In this document: positions 1 through 9,798 of the stretch, in pieces | Layout: each line of letters opens with the position of its first letter | Position numbering within the stretch: position 1 is the stretch's first letter | Origin: an uncultured Planctomycetaceae bacterium | Lineage (GTDB): Bacteria > Planctomycetota > Planctomycetia > Planctomycetales > Planctomycetaceae | NCBI GenBank assembly: GCA_963815195.1 | Contig: CAWFGE010000012.1 | Coordinates: forward strand, 1,067,390 to 1,131,389 | Direction: 5' to 3' | Length of the DNA stretch: 64,000 bases | The notes under the pieces: model-generated | What the model was told of the DNA's origin: nothing | Databases searched by the model: none | What the model saw: only the letters and a program-made list of their open reading frames with translations | Program-made: the position numbers and the translations under genes

Positions 1-228
1 TCGGAAAACTCGCCGGCGCTTCGGAGATCCGAAAGAATCGTCCTGGAATCGGCTCACCAGCGCGGGGCAGACGTGAAACCTCAGCCGACATGCCGCGCAT
101 CGTTGCACAGCCCCTAAGCACTCCCAAGTTAAGAATCCTGCAGGTGTTTGATTCTAAAACTCAAAAAAGCCTTGAAATCAAGGGGTTTGAGCAGAGGCCG
201 AGGTTCGGCATGAAATTTTCATCACGCA

Positions 229-1740
229 ATGGAACTTGCGGTGACATTACGTCCCGAAACAGGTGCCCGATTGATGACTTCGCCGACTTCCGACAACTCC
301 CTCATCAAAAACGATCCCCTGCGGCTGTTGCAGCGGCGGTTCGTCGGCGGCATGGTTGCAGTCGCGGCGTTGGCCTTGCTCAATCAACTCGTGCTGCAAC
401 CTTGGCTGATTCAGTTGACATCGGATGCGCCCACGATCAACGTCGCGGGCCGGCAGCGGATGTTGAGCCAAAAACTGTCAAAGGCCGCGCTGGAACTCAC
501 CGATCAAACCCGGCATCGGGCACGGGACGCCCGCGAGGAACTCCGCCAGGCCTTGGCGGATTGGGCGGTCGCTCACCGGGGTCTGCAATATGGCGACCCG
601 GCTTTGGGACTTCCCGCAAATGAAAACTCGCAGATCCGAAACGCCTTTCAAGATCTGGAACCGCACTTTCAAAAGATGCACGACGCCGCCCGCCGGCTGA
701 TCGCGGCCGACGTGGACGAACCGGCTCCGCAACAACTCGCCGAAATCATTCTGGAGGAAGAGGGAAAATACCTGCCGCGAATGCACCGCATCGTCGGCTT
801 GTTTGAAGCCGAGTCGCGGAAGCGGGTGTCGCATCTGCGCATCGCGGGTTGGGTGATTGTGGGGCTGATCCTGGCGTTGTTGTTTTCCTTGGTCTGGTTT
901 GCAATTCGGCCGGTGATGCGGTTGATCGAACAGCGCGTCGTGGAGCGGACCGAACAACTGCGGACGATGAACCGCCAACTCGAACGGGAAATCGCCGACC
1001 GCCGGCGGGCCGAGCACCGCACGCGGGAACTCCTGGATCAGTTGGCCCACGCCGCCCGGCTCAATTCGCTGGGGCAGATGGCGGCGGGTCTCGCGCACGA
1101 GTTGAACCAGCCGCTGGGGGCGATCGTCAACTACGCCGAAGCCGCCGGCTGTCATTTGGAGCAGGACTTTGAAAAGCACGAGGAAGCCCGAAAAATCCTC
1201 ACGCGGATCTCCGCCGCGGGTTTGCGGGCCGGGGCGATTGTGCACCGCTTGCGAAACTTCATTCGCAAGGAGAAAAATGCCCGGCAAGCCGTTTTGTTGC
1301 CCGCCTTGATTGCGGAGGTCATCGAACTCTGCGAGCCCGAAGCCCGCAAACGCGGCGTGAAAATCGAGTTCGCATCGAAGGTCCGATCCGAAAACTTTCC
1401 CGCCCCGACGGTGGATGGGATTCAGATTCAGCAAGTGCTGGTCAACCTGATCCAGAATGCGATCGAGGCCCTGCGAGACAAACCCGCCGCCGAGCGGTTG
1501 GTGTGGATTGTGCTGGGATTCGAGGCGGACGATGAATTGCGAATCGACGTGATCGACCGCGGCTGCGGGTTCGACGAAGAACAAGCGGAGACGTTGTTCG
1601 CACCGTTTTTCACGACCCGCACCGAAGGCCTGGGCATGGGCCTGGCGATTTGCCGGTCGATCATCCAGGAACACGGCGGCCGCTTCTGGGCGACATCCCA
1701 GCGCGCGGCGGGGCGGTCTTCTCCTTCACGCTTCCTTTAG
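229..1740 (+). CDS. Sensor histidine kinase with PilJ/NarX-type (nitrate-binding) periplasmic domain
   Basis: Two TM segments flank the P-box-like DAPTINVAGRQRMLSQK; H-box LAHELNQPL, N-box QVLVNLIQNA, G boxes DRGCG and GLGMGL. The C-terminus probably shifts frame near 1700, where another frame gives GAVFSFTLP. Confidence 0.9.
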   Translation: MELAVTLRPETGARLMTSPTSDNSLIKNDPLRLLQRRFVGGMVAVAALALLNQLVLQPWLIQLTSDAPTINVAGRQRMLSQKLSKAALELTDQTRHRARDAREELRQALADWAVAHRGLQYGDPALGLPANENSQIRNAFQDLEPHFQKMHDAARRLIAADVDEPAPQQLAEIILEEEGKYLPRMHRIVGLFEAESRKRVSHLRIAGWVIVGLILALLFSLVWFAIRPVMRLIEQRVVERTEQLRTMNRQLEREIADRRRAEHRTRELLDQLAHAARLNSLGQMAAGLAHELNQPLGAIVNYAEAAGCHLEQDFEKHEEARKILTRISAAGLRAGAIVHRLRNFIRKEKNARQAVLLPALIAEVIELCEPEARKRGVKIEFASKVRSENFPAPTVDGIQIQQVLVNLIQNAIEALRDKPAAERLVWIVLGFEADDELRIDVIDRGCGFDEEQAETLFAPFFTTRTEGLGMGLAICRSIIQEHGGRFWATSQRAAGRSSPSRFL

Positions 1741-1749
1741 CCGCCCGCC

Positions 1750-2376
1750 ATGAGCCAGCCGACTGTTTACATTGTGGATGATGACGACGACCTGCGGGAG
1801 TCGCTCGAATGCCTGCTCAAAGCGTCGGGCTACAAAGTCCGCGCGTGCTCATCCGCGGCGGCTTTTTTGAAGGCGTGGACGCCCGGCATGATCGGCTGTG
1901 TCATTGTGGATCATCAAATGCCCGGCCTGACGGGACTGGACTTGCTCGAACGTCTGCGCGCCGCGGATGAGGACGCTCTGCCGGCGATCATTATGACCGC
2001 CTATGCCGACGTTCCCACCGCCGTCGCCGCGATGAAAACCGGGGCCATCGACTTTTTGGAGAAACCTTTTGATCGGAAAGATCTCTTCGCCAAAGTCGAG
2101 ACGGCGCTCCAGCGAGACCTCGAACGACAGCGACACAAAGAGCAGCGGGAGCAACTTCTGCGAAAGTTCGAGCGGCTCTCGGCCCGCGAACGGGAGACGT
2201 TGGATCTTTTAAGAGAAGGATTGCCCAATAAAGCGATCGCTTCTCAACTACACATCACCGAACGCGCCGTGGAGATGCGGCGGGCGAAGATCATGGAAAA
2301 GCTGGAAGCCCGCTCGATCGCCAGGCTCTACGAAGACTTCGCCCGCTATCGTCTTTTGACGACCGGCCAGGATTGA
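1750..2376 (+). CDS. FixJ/LuxR-family response regulator
   Basis: Receiver domain (IVDDD, DHQMPG, GAIDFLEKP) plus LuxR HTH (LSARERETL, NKAIASQLHITERAVEMRR); directly follows the kinase. Confidence 0.92.
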   Translation: MSQPTVYIVDDDDDLRESLECLLKASGYKVRACSSAAAFLKAWTPGMIGCVIVDHQMPGLTGLDLLERLRAADEDALPAIIMTAYADVPTAVAAMKTGAIDFLEKPFDRKDLFAKVETALQRDLERQRHKEQREQLLRKFERLSARERETLDLLREGLPNKAIASQLHITERAVEMRRAKIMEKLEARSIARLYEDFARYRLLTTGQD

Positions 2377-2502
2377 ACGCGAAAAACCTGAGCGGTAGGC
2401 GCTAGCCTCCGGCGGCTGGCCCCTTTGATGCGACCTTCAAAAAAAGCCGGCGAGGTTTTTTATGATTCCTCGCCGGCCCCTTCGGTGAGTGATTCTTCTT
2501 CA

Positions 2503-4089
2503 TCAGAAATCGATTTGAGAACGCAGCGCGAAGATGTTCGCCGTGGAGCGTCCGAGGGTGGGATCGGTCAACCAGGGGCGGATGTAGTTGAACTGCATTT
2601 TCGTGTAGCCGTTGATGTACCAGCTGAGGCCGATCGTCAAATCGTTGAGCAGCCGGCCCGGTCCGGGTTGATTGACGCCGTTGAGGTCGATGTAGGAATA
2701 GCGGGCGGCGAGTTCCCAGGCCCCGATGCCGCCGGTCGCAAAGCTCACGTTCTGGTTGGGAACCACGCGGCCGAAGATGCCCCCTTTCTTGTTATAAGGC
2801 AGGCGTTCGCCGGTGAGAATCCAGCGGGCTTGGGCATAGGCTCCGGGATAAGTGTTGCTGCCGCCGTTGAGCAGATTCACGGTGGACCAGTAGGCTTCGG
2901 ATTGAAAATACAAAGGCCCATAGGCGGCAGCGCCTTCAAGACCCCACAGGCTTTGGTTTTTCGTGCGAACTGCGCCGGTGTCCACGAAGGGCGGAGTCGA
3001 AGGCGGCGTGCCGGGCAGGATGGGATTGCCCGCATTTTCACCCACGAAGATTTCCGGCTGGTTTTGGAATCGGAGGAGATCATTCGCGGGATCGTTGAAG
3101 CTGTAATCGACGCCGACATGGATCAACTGCTCGCCGTCGTTGGCGTAATACGGAAGGGCGGTGACGCGGCCCGCCATGCCCCAACCGCCGTTGTCGCCGA
3201 TGGTGTTGCCGAACCCAGTCGAGGGATAACGGTAAGCCGAAATCGCCCACGTCAGATTGTCGTCGAATGCGGTGTTGTACGCCCCGATCCCCGATTGCCG
3301 GAAGGGAACGAAGGCAAACGGCGTGGCCCGTTCCAGAAATGGAAGTTCGCGAACGCTGGTTAAAGCGGACATCCCGAACGGTTGACGCCAACGGCCGACG
3401 CGAATGTTGCCCAAGACCGGAACGCTGGCAAAGTTCATCCACACATCGACGAACCGCGCCTGGCTCGCGGCGAAATCGAACTCCATGATGTAGCTGGTGT
3501 TTTTGGTCACGTTGCCCTTCGCCGCCAGACGAGCCCGGCGAAAGTCGATGCCGTCCTGCACATCCCCGACCGTCGCCCGGTTATTGGGGCTTTGGTCGAA
3601 CCAGACGGAGTCCATTTGGAAGAATCCCGTCAATAAGGGAATGGTCGGGTATTTCTTCTCATCCTTGGGGATCACGCAGTCAACGCTCGTCGGCTGGTAG
3701 GTGATCGGAGCCGGCGACGAAGGAGTAGGCGTGGCGGGATTGGGATCGAGGTTCGGTTTTTCGCCCGGCATCGGCGGGACCTGGACCGGCTTCACATCGG
3801 CCTGAGCCGTGCGCTGGACTTTCATCCGGTTCACTTCCGAAATCAGAGCCTGGTTCGTCGCTTCCAACTGATCCAACCGCAGCAACAGATCGCTCATCGA
3901 CGGGGAGGTCGGTTGTGTGCTGATCGGAAGTGAATTGATCGGCTCCGAACGAATCGGCTCTGTCGAGCGGTTCTGCGATAGCGGCTGAGGAATCTGGGCA
4001 CTCAGGTCCGCGCGGGTCCCCAGCCCCGAAATCCCCGCAATCAAAAAGGCGAACGTCCACCAAATCCATTTTCGTTTCTGTGGCACCAT
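2503..4089 (-). CDS. OprO/OprP-family anion (phosphate)-selective porin
   Basis: Signal peptide, Pro-rich/coiled linker, FRRARL, GAWELAARYSYIDL, C-terminal aromatic residue (QIDF). Confidence 0.88.
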   Translation of the reverse strand: MVPQKRKWIWWTFAFLIAGISGLGTRADLSAQIPQPLSQNRSTEPIRSEPINSLPISTQPTSPSMSDLLLRLDQLEATNQALISEVNRMKVQRTAQADVKPVQVPPMPGEKPNLDPNPATPTPSSPAPITYQPTSVDCVIPKDEKKYPTIPLLTGFFQMDSVWFDQSPNNRATVGDVQDGIDFRRARLAAKGNVTKNTSYIMEFDFAASQARFVDVWMNFASVPVLGNIRVGRWRQPFGMSALTSVRELPFLERATPFAFVPFRQSGIGAYNTAFDDNLTWAISAYRYPSTGFGNTIGDNGGWGMAGRVTALPYYANDGEQLIHVGVDYSFNDPANDLLRFQNQPEIFVGENAGNPILPGTPPSTPPFVDTGAVRTKNQSLWGLEGAAAYGPLYFQSEAYWSTVNLLNGGSNTYPGAYAQARWILTGERLPYNKKGGIFGRVVPNQNVSFATGGIGAWELAARYSYIDLNGVNQPGPGRLLNDLTIGLSWYINGYTKMQFNYIRPWLTDPTLGRSTANIFALRSQIDF

Positions 4090-4166
4090 GAACCCACCTC
4101 AATTGCCAAACTGGAGGAAACGCATCGGGCCGATTTGTGCGGGTTCGTCACGATTCGTAAATCGAG

Positions 4167-4183
4167 CGCGAGGCACAAGCCAG
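4167..4183 (-). promoter_or_regulatory. Possible sigma54 -24/-12 promoter of the porin gene
   Basis: Minus strand reads TGGCTTGTGCCTCGC (GG-N10-GC) about 80 nt upstream of the ATG; imperfect match to TGGCACG-N4-TTGC. Confidence 0.4.
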
Positions 4184-4369
4184 CTTTTCCAATTCAATCG
4201 GCAATTCCGGAAGATCCGAATGAAGCGAGTTTAACGGTTTTAACGATTCGCAAGGATTTGCAGATTCTCCCTAAAAACCCGCCTGGGAGATTTGGCGAAA
4301 CTATGAAAAATGCAGCCTGCCACTGGTCCGGGTAAAACGCGGGCTTGAGAAAGGTTGCGTTGCCCTGGT

Positions 4370-5728
4370 TCAATACAACTCGTAGCGGTTCATTTTGTAG
4401 TGCAGCGTCCGCACGCTGATGTCGAGGAGTTTGGCGGTCCGCTCGCGGTGATGGTCGCACTCCATGAGCGCGGCTTGAATCGCCGCCATCTCCGCTTGTT
4501 CGACCGCGGCGGCCAGCGTCTTCGAAGACTTGCCGGACCTGCGGGCGTGGATTTCCAAAGGGACCATGTCCGCCGAGATCTCATCCCCCCGCGTGGTCAC
4601 GCTGAGCCGTTCGATAAGATTCCGCAGTTGGCGGATGTTGCCCGGCCATTCGTAATTCTGCAGCACCTCGAGGGCTTCGGGGGAGAGCGTCGTGACGGGC
4701 CGGCGGTAGCGGTTTGCAAACATCTTCAGAAAATGATCGACGAGCAGCGGGATGTCGTCCCGTCGTTGGCGGAGTGGCGGAACATCTACGGGCACCACGT
4801 TGAGGCGGTAGTACAAGTCTTCGCGAAACTTGCCCTCGCGAACCAGGCCGTCCATTTCCCGATTGGTGGCGGCGACAATGCGGGCGTCGGTCGACATCGT
4901 CTTTTCGCCGCCGAGCCGCATGAACTCCCGCGTCTCCAAAACCCGCAAGAGATCCACCTGGCTTTTGGGGGACATCTCGGTGACTTCATCCAGAAACAAC
5001 GTGCCGCCGTTCGCCAGTTCAAAGCAGCCGGGCTTCTGGCGGGCGGCCCCGCTGAAGGCGCCTTTTTCGTAGCCGAACAACTCGCTCTCCAAGAGCGTTT
5101 CGGGCAAGGCCCCCAGGTTGATGGGCACGAAGCGATTCTCCGAGCGGGGGCTGAGATCGTGGATGGCCCGCGCGATCAACTCTTTGCCCGTGCCGCTTTC
5201 GCCGCGGATGAAGACGGTCGCATCGGTGGCGGCGACCTGGCGAACCAGCCGGAACAGCGCCTGCATCTCCTGGCTGGAGGCCACCATCCCGGCGACTTCG
5301 CCGGCCTCGGCGAGACGTTCCTTCAGCGCGCGGTTTTCCACGAGCAGTTGATGCCGGTCTTTGGCCTTCTGGGCAAACAGGCGGATCACGTTCAAATCGA
5401 CGGGTTTGGTGATGAAGTCGAAGGCCCCCCGCCGCATGGCTTCCACGGCGGACTCGACCGACCCGTGGGCCGTGATGACGATCACCGTCGTCTGCGGATG
5501 CCGCTCTTTGGCCAAGGTCACCAAATCCAAGCCGGAAATCTCGCCGGGCAGCCGCAAGTCCGCGATCACCAACGGAAAGCTCTCGTTTTCCAGCTGCGCG
5601 ACCGCCTGGCGGCCGTCAGCGGCCGTCACGATTTCCGTGCCCGCCCCCGCCAATCCGCGGGCCAGCCCCGAGCGGATGTTCGGCTCGTCGTCCACAATCA
5701 AAATGCGAAACGGTTCAGATTCACCCAC
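4370..5728 (-). CDS. Sigma54-dependent NtrC/AtoC-family response regulator
   Basis: Receiver domain, Walker A GESGTGKE, ESELFGYEKGAFSGA (GAFTGA variant), GTLFLDEV, WPGNIRQL, Fis-type HTH. Confidence 0.95.
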   Translation of the reverse strand: MGESEPFRILIVDDEPNIRSGLARGLAGAGTEIVTAADGRQAVAQLENESFPLVIADLRLPGEISGLDLVTLAKERHPQTTVIVITAHGSVESAVEAMRRGAFDFITKPVDLNVIRLFAQKAKDRHQLLVENRALKERLAEAGEVAGMVASSQEMQALFRLVRQVAATDATVFIRGESGTGKELIARAIHDLSPRSENRFVPINLGALPETLLESELFGYEKGAFSGAARQKPGCFELANGGTLFLDEVTEMSPKSQVDLLRVLETREFMRLGGEKTMSTDARIVAATNREMDGLVREGKFREDLYYRLNVVPVDVPPLRQRRDDIPLLVDHFLKMFANRYRRPVTTLSPEALEVLQNYEWPGNIRQLRNLIERLSVTTRGDEISADMVPLEIHARRSGKSSKTLAAAVEQAEMAAIQAALMECDHHRERTAKLLDISVRTLHYKMNRYELY

Positions 5729-7139
5729 GATGATGGAACCTCTTTCTTGTCCGCAGTTTTTCGGTTAACGGGGAACGGGGAACGACCAGGCGAAAGGTCG
5801 TGCCCCGGCCCGAGGTTTCAAACGAAATCGTCCCCTCGTGCTGCCGCACGATCTTTTCACAAATCGCCAGCCCCAATCCCGATCCGTGATTCTTCGTTGT
5901 GAAGTACGGATCAAACAATTTGTCGCGAATCGATTCCGGGATTCCGGTTCCCGTGTCGGAAACGGAAATCCGCATGTTGTCATCGTCGGCTTCGCACCTT
6001 AGCGTGAGCGCATCCCCGCGGCTCATGGCTTCGAGGGCGTTGAGGATCAGGTTGATGAGCACTTGCTCGATTTTCACCGAGTCCACATGGACCAAAAGAT
6101 CGGGCGGGGTCTCGATTTCCATGTTGAGGGGAATCCCCTTCGAGTGGATATGCGGCTTGAGCAGCCCCACGACTTTGTCCACCAGCCCGGCGAGCGAAAT
6201 CGGTTGCCGATCCAGTTTGTCGATCGCGGCGAACTCCCGAAACCCGTCGAGCACCTTCGTCATCCGGCGGACTTCCGACAGTAAAATCTTGATGGTTTCA
6301 TCCGTTTCCGGGACGGGAACGTGTTCCAACTGCTCTTTAAGGAGCTGAACGTGCAGGACCAAGGCACTTAACGGATTTTTGATTTCATGGGCGAGGCCCG
6401 CGGCGACGGCTCCCAGGCCGGCAAACCGCTCCATCCGCCGCATGCGTTCTTCCAGCAAACTTTGTTCCGTGATGTCGGTGACGTGCAAAACCGTGCCGAT
6501 CGTCGCCCCCCGCTCGTTCTTCAGCAAATGCCCGTGCGACAACAAGCGGAGCGTCTGCCCGTTGACGCTGAAGGGAAATGCCCGGTCGCGGATATTCTCC
6601 CCCAACCGCTGGATGGCTTCGTCCAATTCGACGAGCGGCTTCAAAGCGGTCGACAGCTGCGACAATCGGACCTGCAGCTCTTCATCGCGGATGCCCAGCA
6701 TCTCCCGGCCCTTGGGATTGATCCCGTTGATGAACCCGTGCGTGTCCAGGGTGATCACCGCGTGGTCCATGCTGGCGAGAATGTTCCCGGCCAATTCTTT
6801 CACGCTGCGGAGAGTCCGCTGAGAGAGGAGATAGGCCCGGCTCAACGCGACCACCGCCAGGCCCGTGCCCACGATGTTCAGCAGCACCACCGCCGTCAGT
6901 CCGTATTGCCAGCGCAGTTCCGAGGTAATCTCCAATGTGGAACTGGCCAGGTCGTCGGACTCCCGGCGAAGCTCCGCCAGCAGGTCGGCGAACACGACCT
7001 GCTCTTTGCGGACCTCAATCATAATCCAGACCGTGATGGCCGAGGCCAAGAGGTTCGCCACCAGCAATCCAAAGATGATCACCCGCACGAGGCGGGAATC
7101 GTCGCGCTGCTGAACTTGGAACATCATTCCGTCCCTCAA
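5721..7139 (-). CDS. PAS-containing sensor histidine kinase
   Basis: Two TM helices, PAS-like region, LAHEIKNPL, NLILNALEA, DTGTGI, GSGLGL; overlaps the start of the regulator. Confidence 0.92.
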   Translation of the reverse strand: MRDGMMFQVQQRDDSRLVRVIIFGLLVANLLASAITVWIMIEVRKEQVVFADLLAELRRESDDLASSTLEITSELRWQYGLTAVVLLNIVGTGLAVVALSRAYLLSQRTLRSVKELAGNILASMDHAVITLDTHGFINGINPKGREMLGIRDEELQVRLSQLSTALKPLVELDEAIQRLGENIRDRAFPFSVNGQTLRLLSHGHLLKNERGATIGTVLHVTDITEQSLLEERMRRMERFAGLGAVAAGLAHEIKNPLSALVLHVQLLKEQLEHVPVPETDETIKILLSEVRRMTKVLDGFREFAAIDKLDRQPISLAGLVDKVVGLLKPHIHSKGIPLNMEIETPPDLLVHVDSVKIEQVLINLILNALEAMSRGDALTLRCEADDDNMRISVSDTGTGIPESIRDKLFDPYFTTKNHGSGLGLAICEKIVRQHEGTISFETSGRGTTFRLVVPRSPLTEKLRTRKRFHHRG

Positions 7140-7294
7140 CGGTGGAAACTTTCAGATATTCCATTTTTAGGCATTTCCGGCGGCAAAACAAATGGAGACG
7201 CATGCATGCGAGGGCCAACAACACAAAAAGGAACGGCGTCTCGCGGGGGCGAGCCGACCGTCCCTTTCGTGGAGAATCTTTGCCGGGAGGTAAT

Positions 7295-7626
7295 TTAGCT
7301 TGACTTGGTGTCGGGCGCAGGAGGAATTTCTCCGGATCCGCGACTTCCACCGTTTCGATGTAAGCCGAGCGCGGATGGGAGGCGAATTCGGGGCCTTCCA
7401 AGAGCGTGACGATTTGTTCGACGATTTTGCGGGAGGCGACGACTTCGACCTGGATCTGCGTGGCCCCCATGAAAGGCTCGTTTTGAATCGTCCGATGCCC
7501 TTCGCCAAAACAAGCCAGGCAGGTGTAGCCCGTCGCCCCCAATTCGGTGATGGCCTTCAAAACCCGCTGCTCGATGGCGGTGTCAATGATGAGGACGGCT
7601 TTGAAAAGACGCGTGGTTTCTAACAT
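7295..7626 (-). CDS. sbtB: SbtB-like PII-family regulator (3' end reconstructed across a probable frameshift near 7320)
   Basis: GATGYT motif and PII-like length/pattern (IQVEVVAS); lies immediately downstream of sbtA. The given ORF runs on to 7015 with non-PII sequence; an alternative frame stops at 7295. Confidence 0.78.
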
Positions 7627-7743
7627 GGAAGAGCTTCCTCTACGAAAGGTCTTTTGACGGAAAGGTTCGTTTTGACGAAATTACGGGGCCGAGGAACGGA
7701 CTGAGCGTTCCCCCCCGTTGAAGGGAACGCTCGCTCGTTTCCG

Positions 7744-9315
7744 TTACCCCACGGGAACCGCCTTCATTAAGCTTTCCGCGATCATGATATACACGGGAAT
7801 GCCAATGGTGACGTTATAGGAGAACGTCAACCCCAGGGACGCCGCGAGCGGCAAGGTCGGACTGGCCTCGGGAATCGCGAGCCGTTGGACGGCGGGCACG
7901 GCGATGTACGACGCGGCCGCGCAGAGCACGGCGAACAGGGCGTACGTTCCGATGTCAAACGGATGCCCCAGCATCATGGAATACGCGTGCACAATGCAGA
8001 TTCCGAACACCGCAAAGATGTTGGGAGCCACCAAACCGAACACGATGAACCGCCAGCCCGCCGTGCGGAGGTCTTTGAGCCGGAGACAGGCCGTGATGCC
8101 CATTTCCAAAAGGAACAAGCACAGCATGCCGTGGAAGATGGTCACGAAAAGTTTGTCGTCTTTGCTGGTGACTTTATTCTTCGACCAGATTGTGAAGAGG
8201 GTTCTGCGGTCTTCCCGGATACGGCCGGACTCGTCCACGCCCTTCTGCTCCCTGGCCCAGTCCTTCTTTTGGTCCGTATTCAAGACGGCCGTCACCTCCT
8301 CGGAAAGCTCTTTCTCCTCGGCCTCCGACTCGGGATTGGGATTCTCCGCCAAAATGCCGGAAATCTTCTCGCGTTGCTCCGAATTGAGCTTCAATTTGTC
8401 GGCCATTTCAGGGCGGGTGATCGCATCGAGCGGCAGCGCTTGCACGATCACTTCGCTTTCCTCCAGGGTCGGACGGGTCTCCCCTTGCAGCCCGCCGATG
8501 AAACCGATGAGGATCCCGCCGAACAGGAGATACAGGCCCGGGTTAAAGAAAATCTCGTGCAGCATCGCGGCGCTGAGAACGCTGCGGGAATCTTCCTGTG
8601 CATGATCGTGGCCCCCCGATTCCGACCGGTTATGATGGACCGTCGAGCCATGGTCGTGCATGGTGGAAGAATCTTGGGATTTGGTCTTCACCGCCGTGCC
8701 ACCTTCCTGCTTGGAAGCGGCGTGGCCTTCTTTGCCATAGCCCGACTCTTCGTAACCCGAAGCGTCGCCCAATTCGGCCAAGCTTTCGTCGTAGCCTTCT
8801 TCGTAAGGCATATAGCCCGCCGAGTTCAAACCTTGCCGACGCAAACGCGAGACCAGATACAACGCCACCAAACAGCCGGGAATCTCCATCACGGCCAGTA
8901 ACACCGGCATGTACGCGGCATACAACAACCCTTGGGCGATCAACACGCCCAGACAGGTCACGAAGGTCCCGGCGGAGTCGGAACCATAGAAGCCCGCAAC
9001 GGTTGCGGCGTCGACTTGCTTCAGGGTCGTGCCCTTTCGCAGCATTTGGTAGGCCACGATCCCGATGAAGAAGTTGGTGAAAAAGCCAATCACCATGAAT
9101 CCGCCCGCTTCGGCAAACTCTCGGGCGCTCAATCCCGCCAATTCTTCCCCCCCATGCCAGCCAATGGCGACCAGCAGATAAATGGTCAAGCCTTGGTAGA
9201 GCACCTTGGGAAACTCAAAAGGCACTTTGAAGAGAGGGATGAGAAACCCCATGTAAAAGAACAACAGCAAAGGCTGGAAGAGGTTGTGAATGACATTGTG
9301 AACAAATGATTCCAT
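7744..9315 (-). CDS. sbtA: SbtA-family sodium-dependent bicarbonate transporter with two large insertions
   Basis: PLLLFFYMG, YLLVAIGWHGG, FYGSDSAGTF, MEIPG, LFLLEMG, AAASYIAVPA, SLGLTFSYNV motifs; about 523 aa from the ATG at 9315. Confidence 0.92.
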   Translation of the reverse strand: MESFVHNVIHNLFQPLLLFFYMGFLIPLFKVPFEFPKVLYQGLTIYLLVAIGWHGGEELAGLSAREFAEAGGFMVIGFFTNFFIGIVAYQMLRKGTTLKQVDAATVAGFYGSDSAGTFVTCLGVLIAQGLLYAAYMPVLLAVMEIPGCLVALYLVSRLRRQGLNSAGYMPYEEGYDESLAELGDASGYEESGYGKEGHAASKQEGGTAVKTKSQDSSTMHDHGSTVHHNRSESGGHDHAQEDSRSVLSAAMLHEIFFNPGLYLLFGGILIGFIGGLQGETRPTLEESEVIVQALPLDAITRPEMADKLKLNSEQREKISGILAENPNPESEAEEKELSEEVTAVLNTDQKKDWAREQKGVDESGRIREDRRTLFTIWSKNKVTSKDDKLFVTIFHGMLCLFLLEMGITACLRLKDLRTAGWRFIVFGLVAPNIFAVFGICIVHAYSMMLGHPFDIGTYALFAVLCAAASYIAVPAVQRLAIPEASPTLPLAASLGLTFSYNVTIGIPVYIMIAESLMKAVPVG

Positions 9316-9425
9316 GTGTAATTCCCGTGGGATAAGAGGTCCGCCAGAGTTGAAGTCGGTCGAAAGATCTTTAGTCTTTCGGGAGCAGGAAAAGGGATGT
9401 GGAGAATTGACGCAAGGTATAGAAA

Positions 9426-9442
9426 AGCAAAGGCGATACCAA
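9426..9442 (-). promoter_or_regulatory. Sigma54 -24/-12 promoter of the sbtA operon
   Basis: Minus strand TTGGTATCGCCTTTGCT = GG-N10-GC with TTGC; about 110 nt upstream of the sbtA ATG. Confidence 0.7.
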
Positions 9443-9561
9443 ATTCCGGACTCCCTTGGAATTTCTACCAAACGGCTCGTGTTATCCGTCGCAATCTGAA
9501 GTTTTACTGGGTAATCCACATTTCTTCCCTCAGATTATTTCCGAGGGTGCCCATGTTTTTC

Positions 9562-9596
9562 TGCAAAAACCTGCGCGCTTAGCGCAAGATATTGCA
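9562..9596. promoter_or_regulatory. Candidate enhancer (UAS) for an NtrC-family activator
   Basis: Imperfect inverted repeat TGCAAAAACCTGCGC-GCTTA-GCGCAAGATATTGCA, 120-155 nt upstream of the -24 element. Confidence 0.5.
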
Positions 9597-9798
9597 GACC
9601 ATCGAGTCGCGAACGATATACACAAGTTTCATGCAGCCGTCGGTTCCCGTTGGATGAATCGGAAACATGTGCGGTATCGGCGGGGAATCGTGAAGTGGCG
9701 ATCGCGCGGCCGATATTTCCTTGACGGTCTTTCACCAGGACCAAGCCAGCGGATGAGATTACGGTGAATTTGTTTTCGGGGAGGATTGGGCAGCCGGT

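Noticed and set aside
204..222. Sigma54 promoter before the NarX-like kinase (CGGCATGAAATTTTC)
   Set aside because: The -12 element is TC rather than GC, and it lies too close to the first ATG.
7015..7294. C-terminal extension of SbtB
   Set aside because: Overlaps the kinase start and looks non-protein-like; better explained by a frameshift near 7320.
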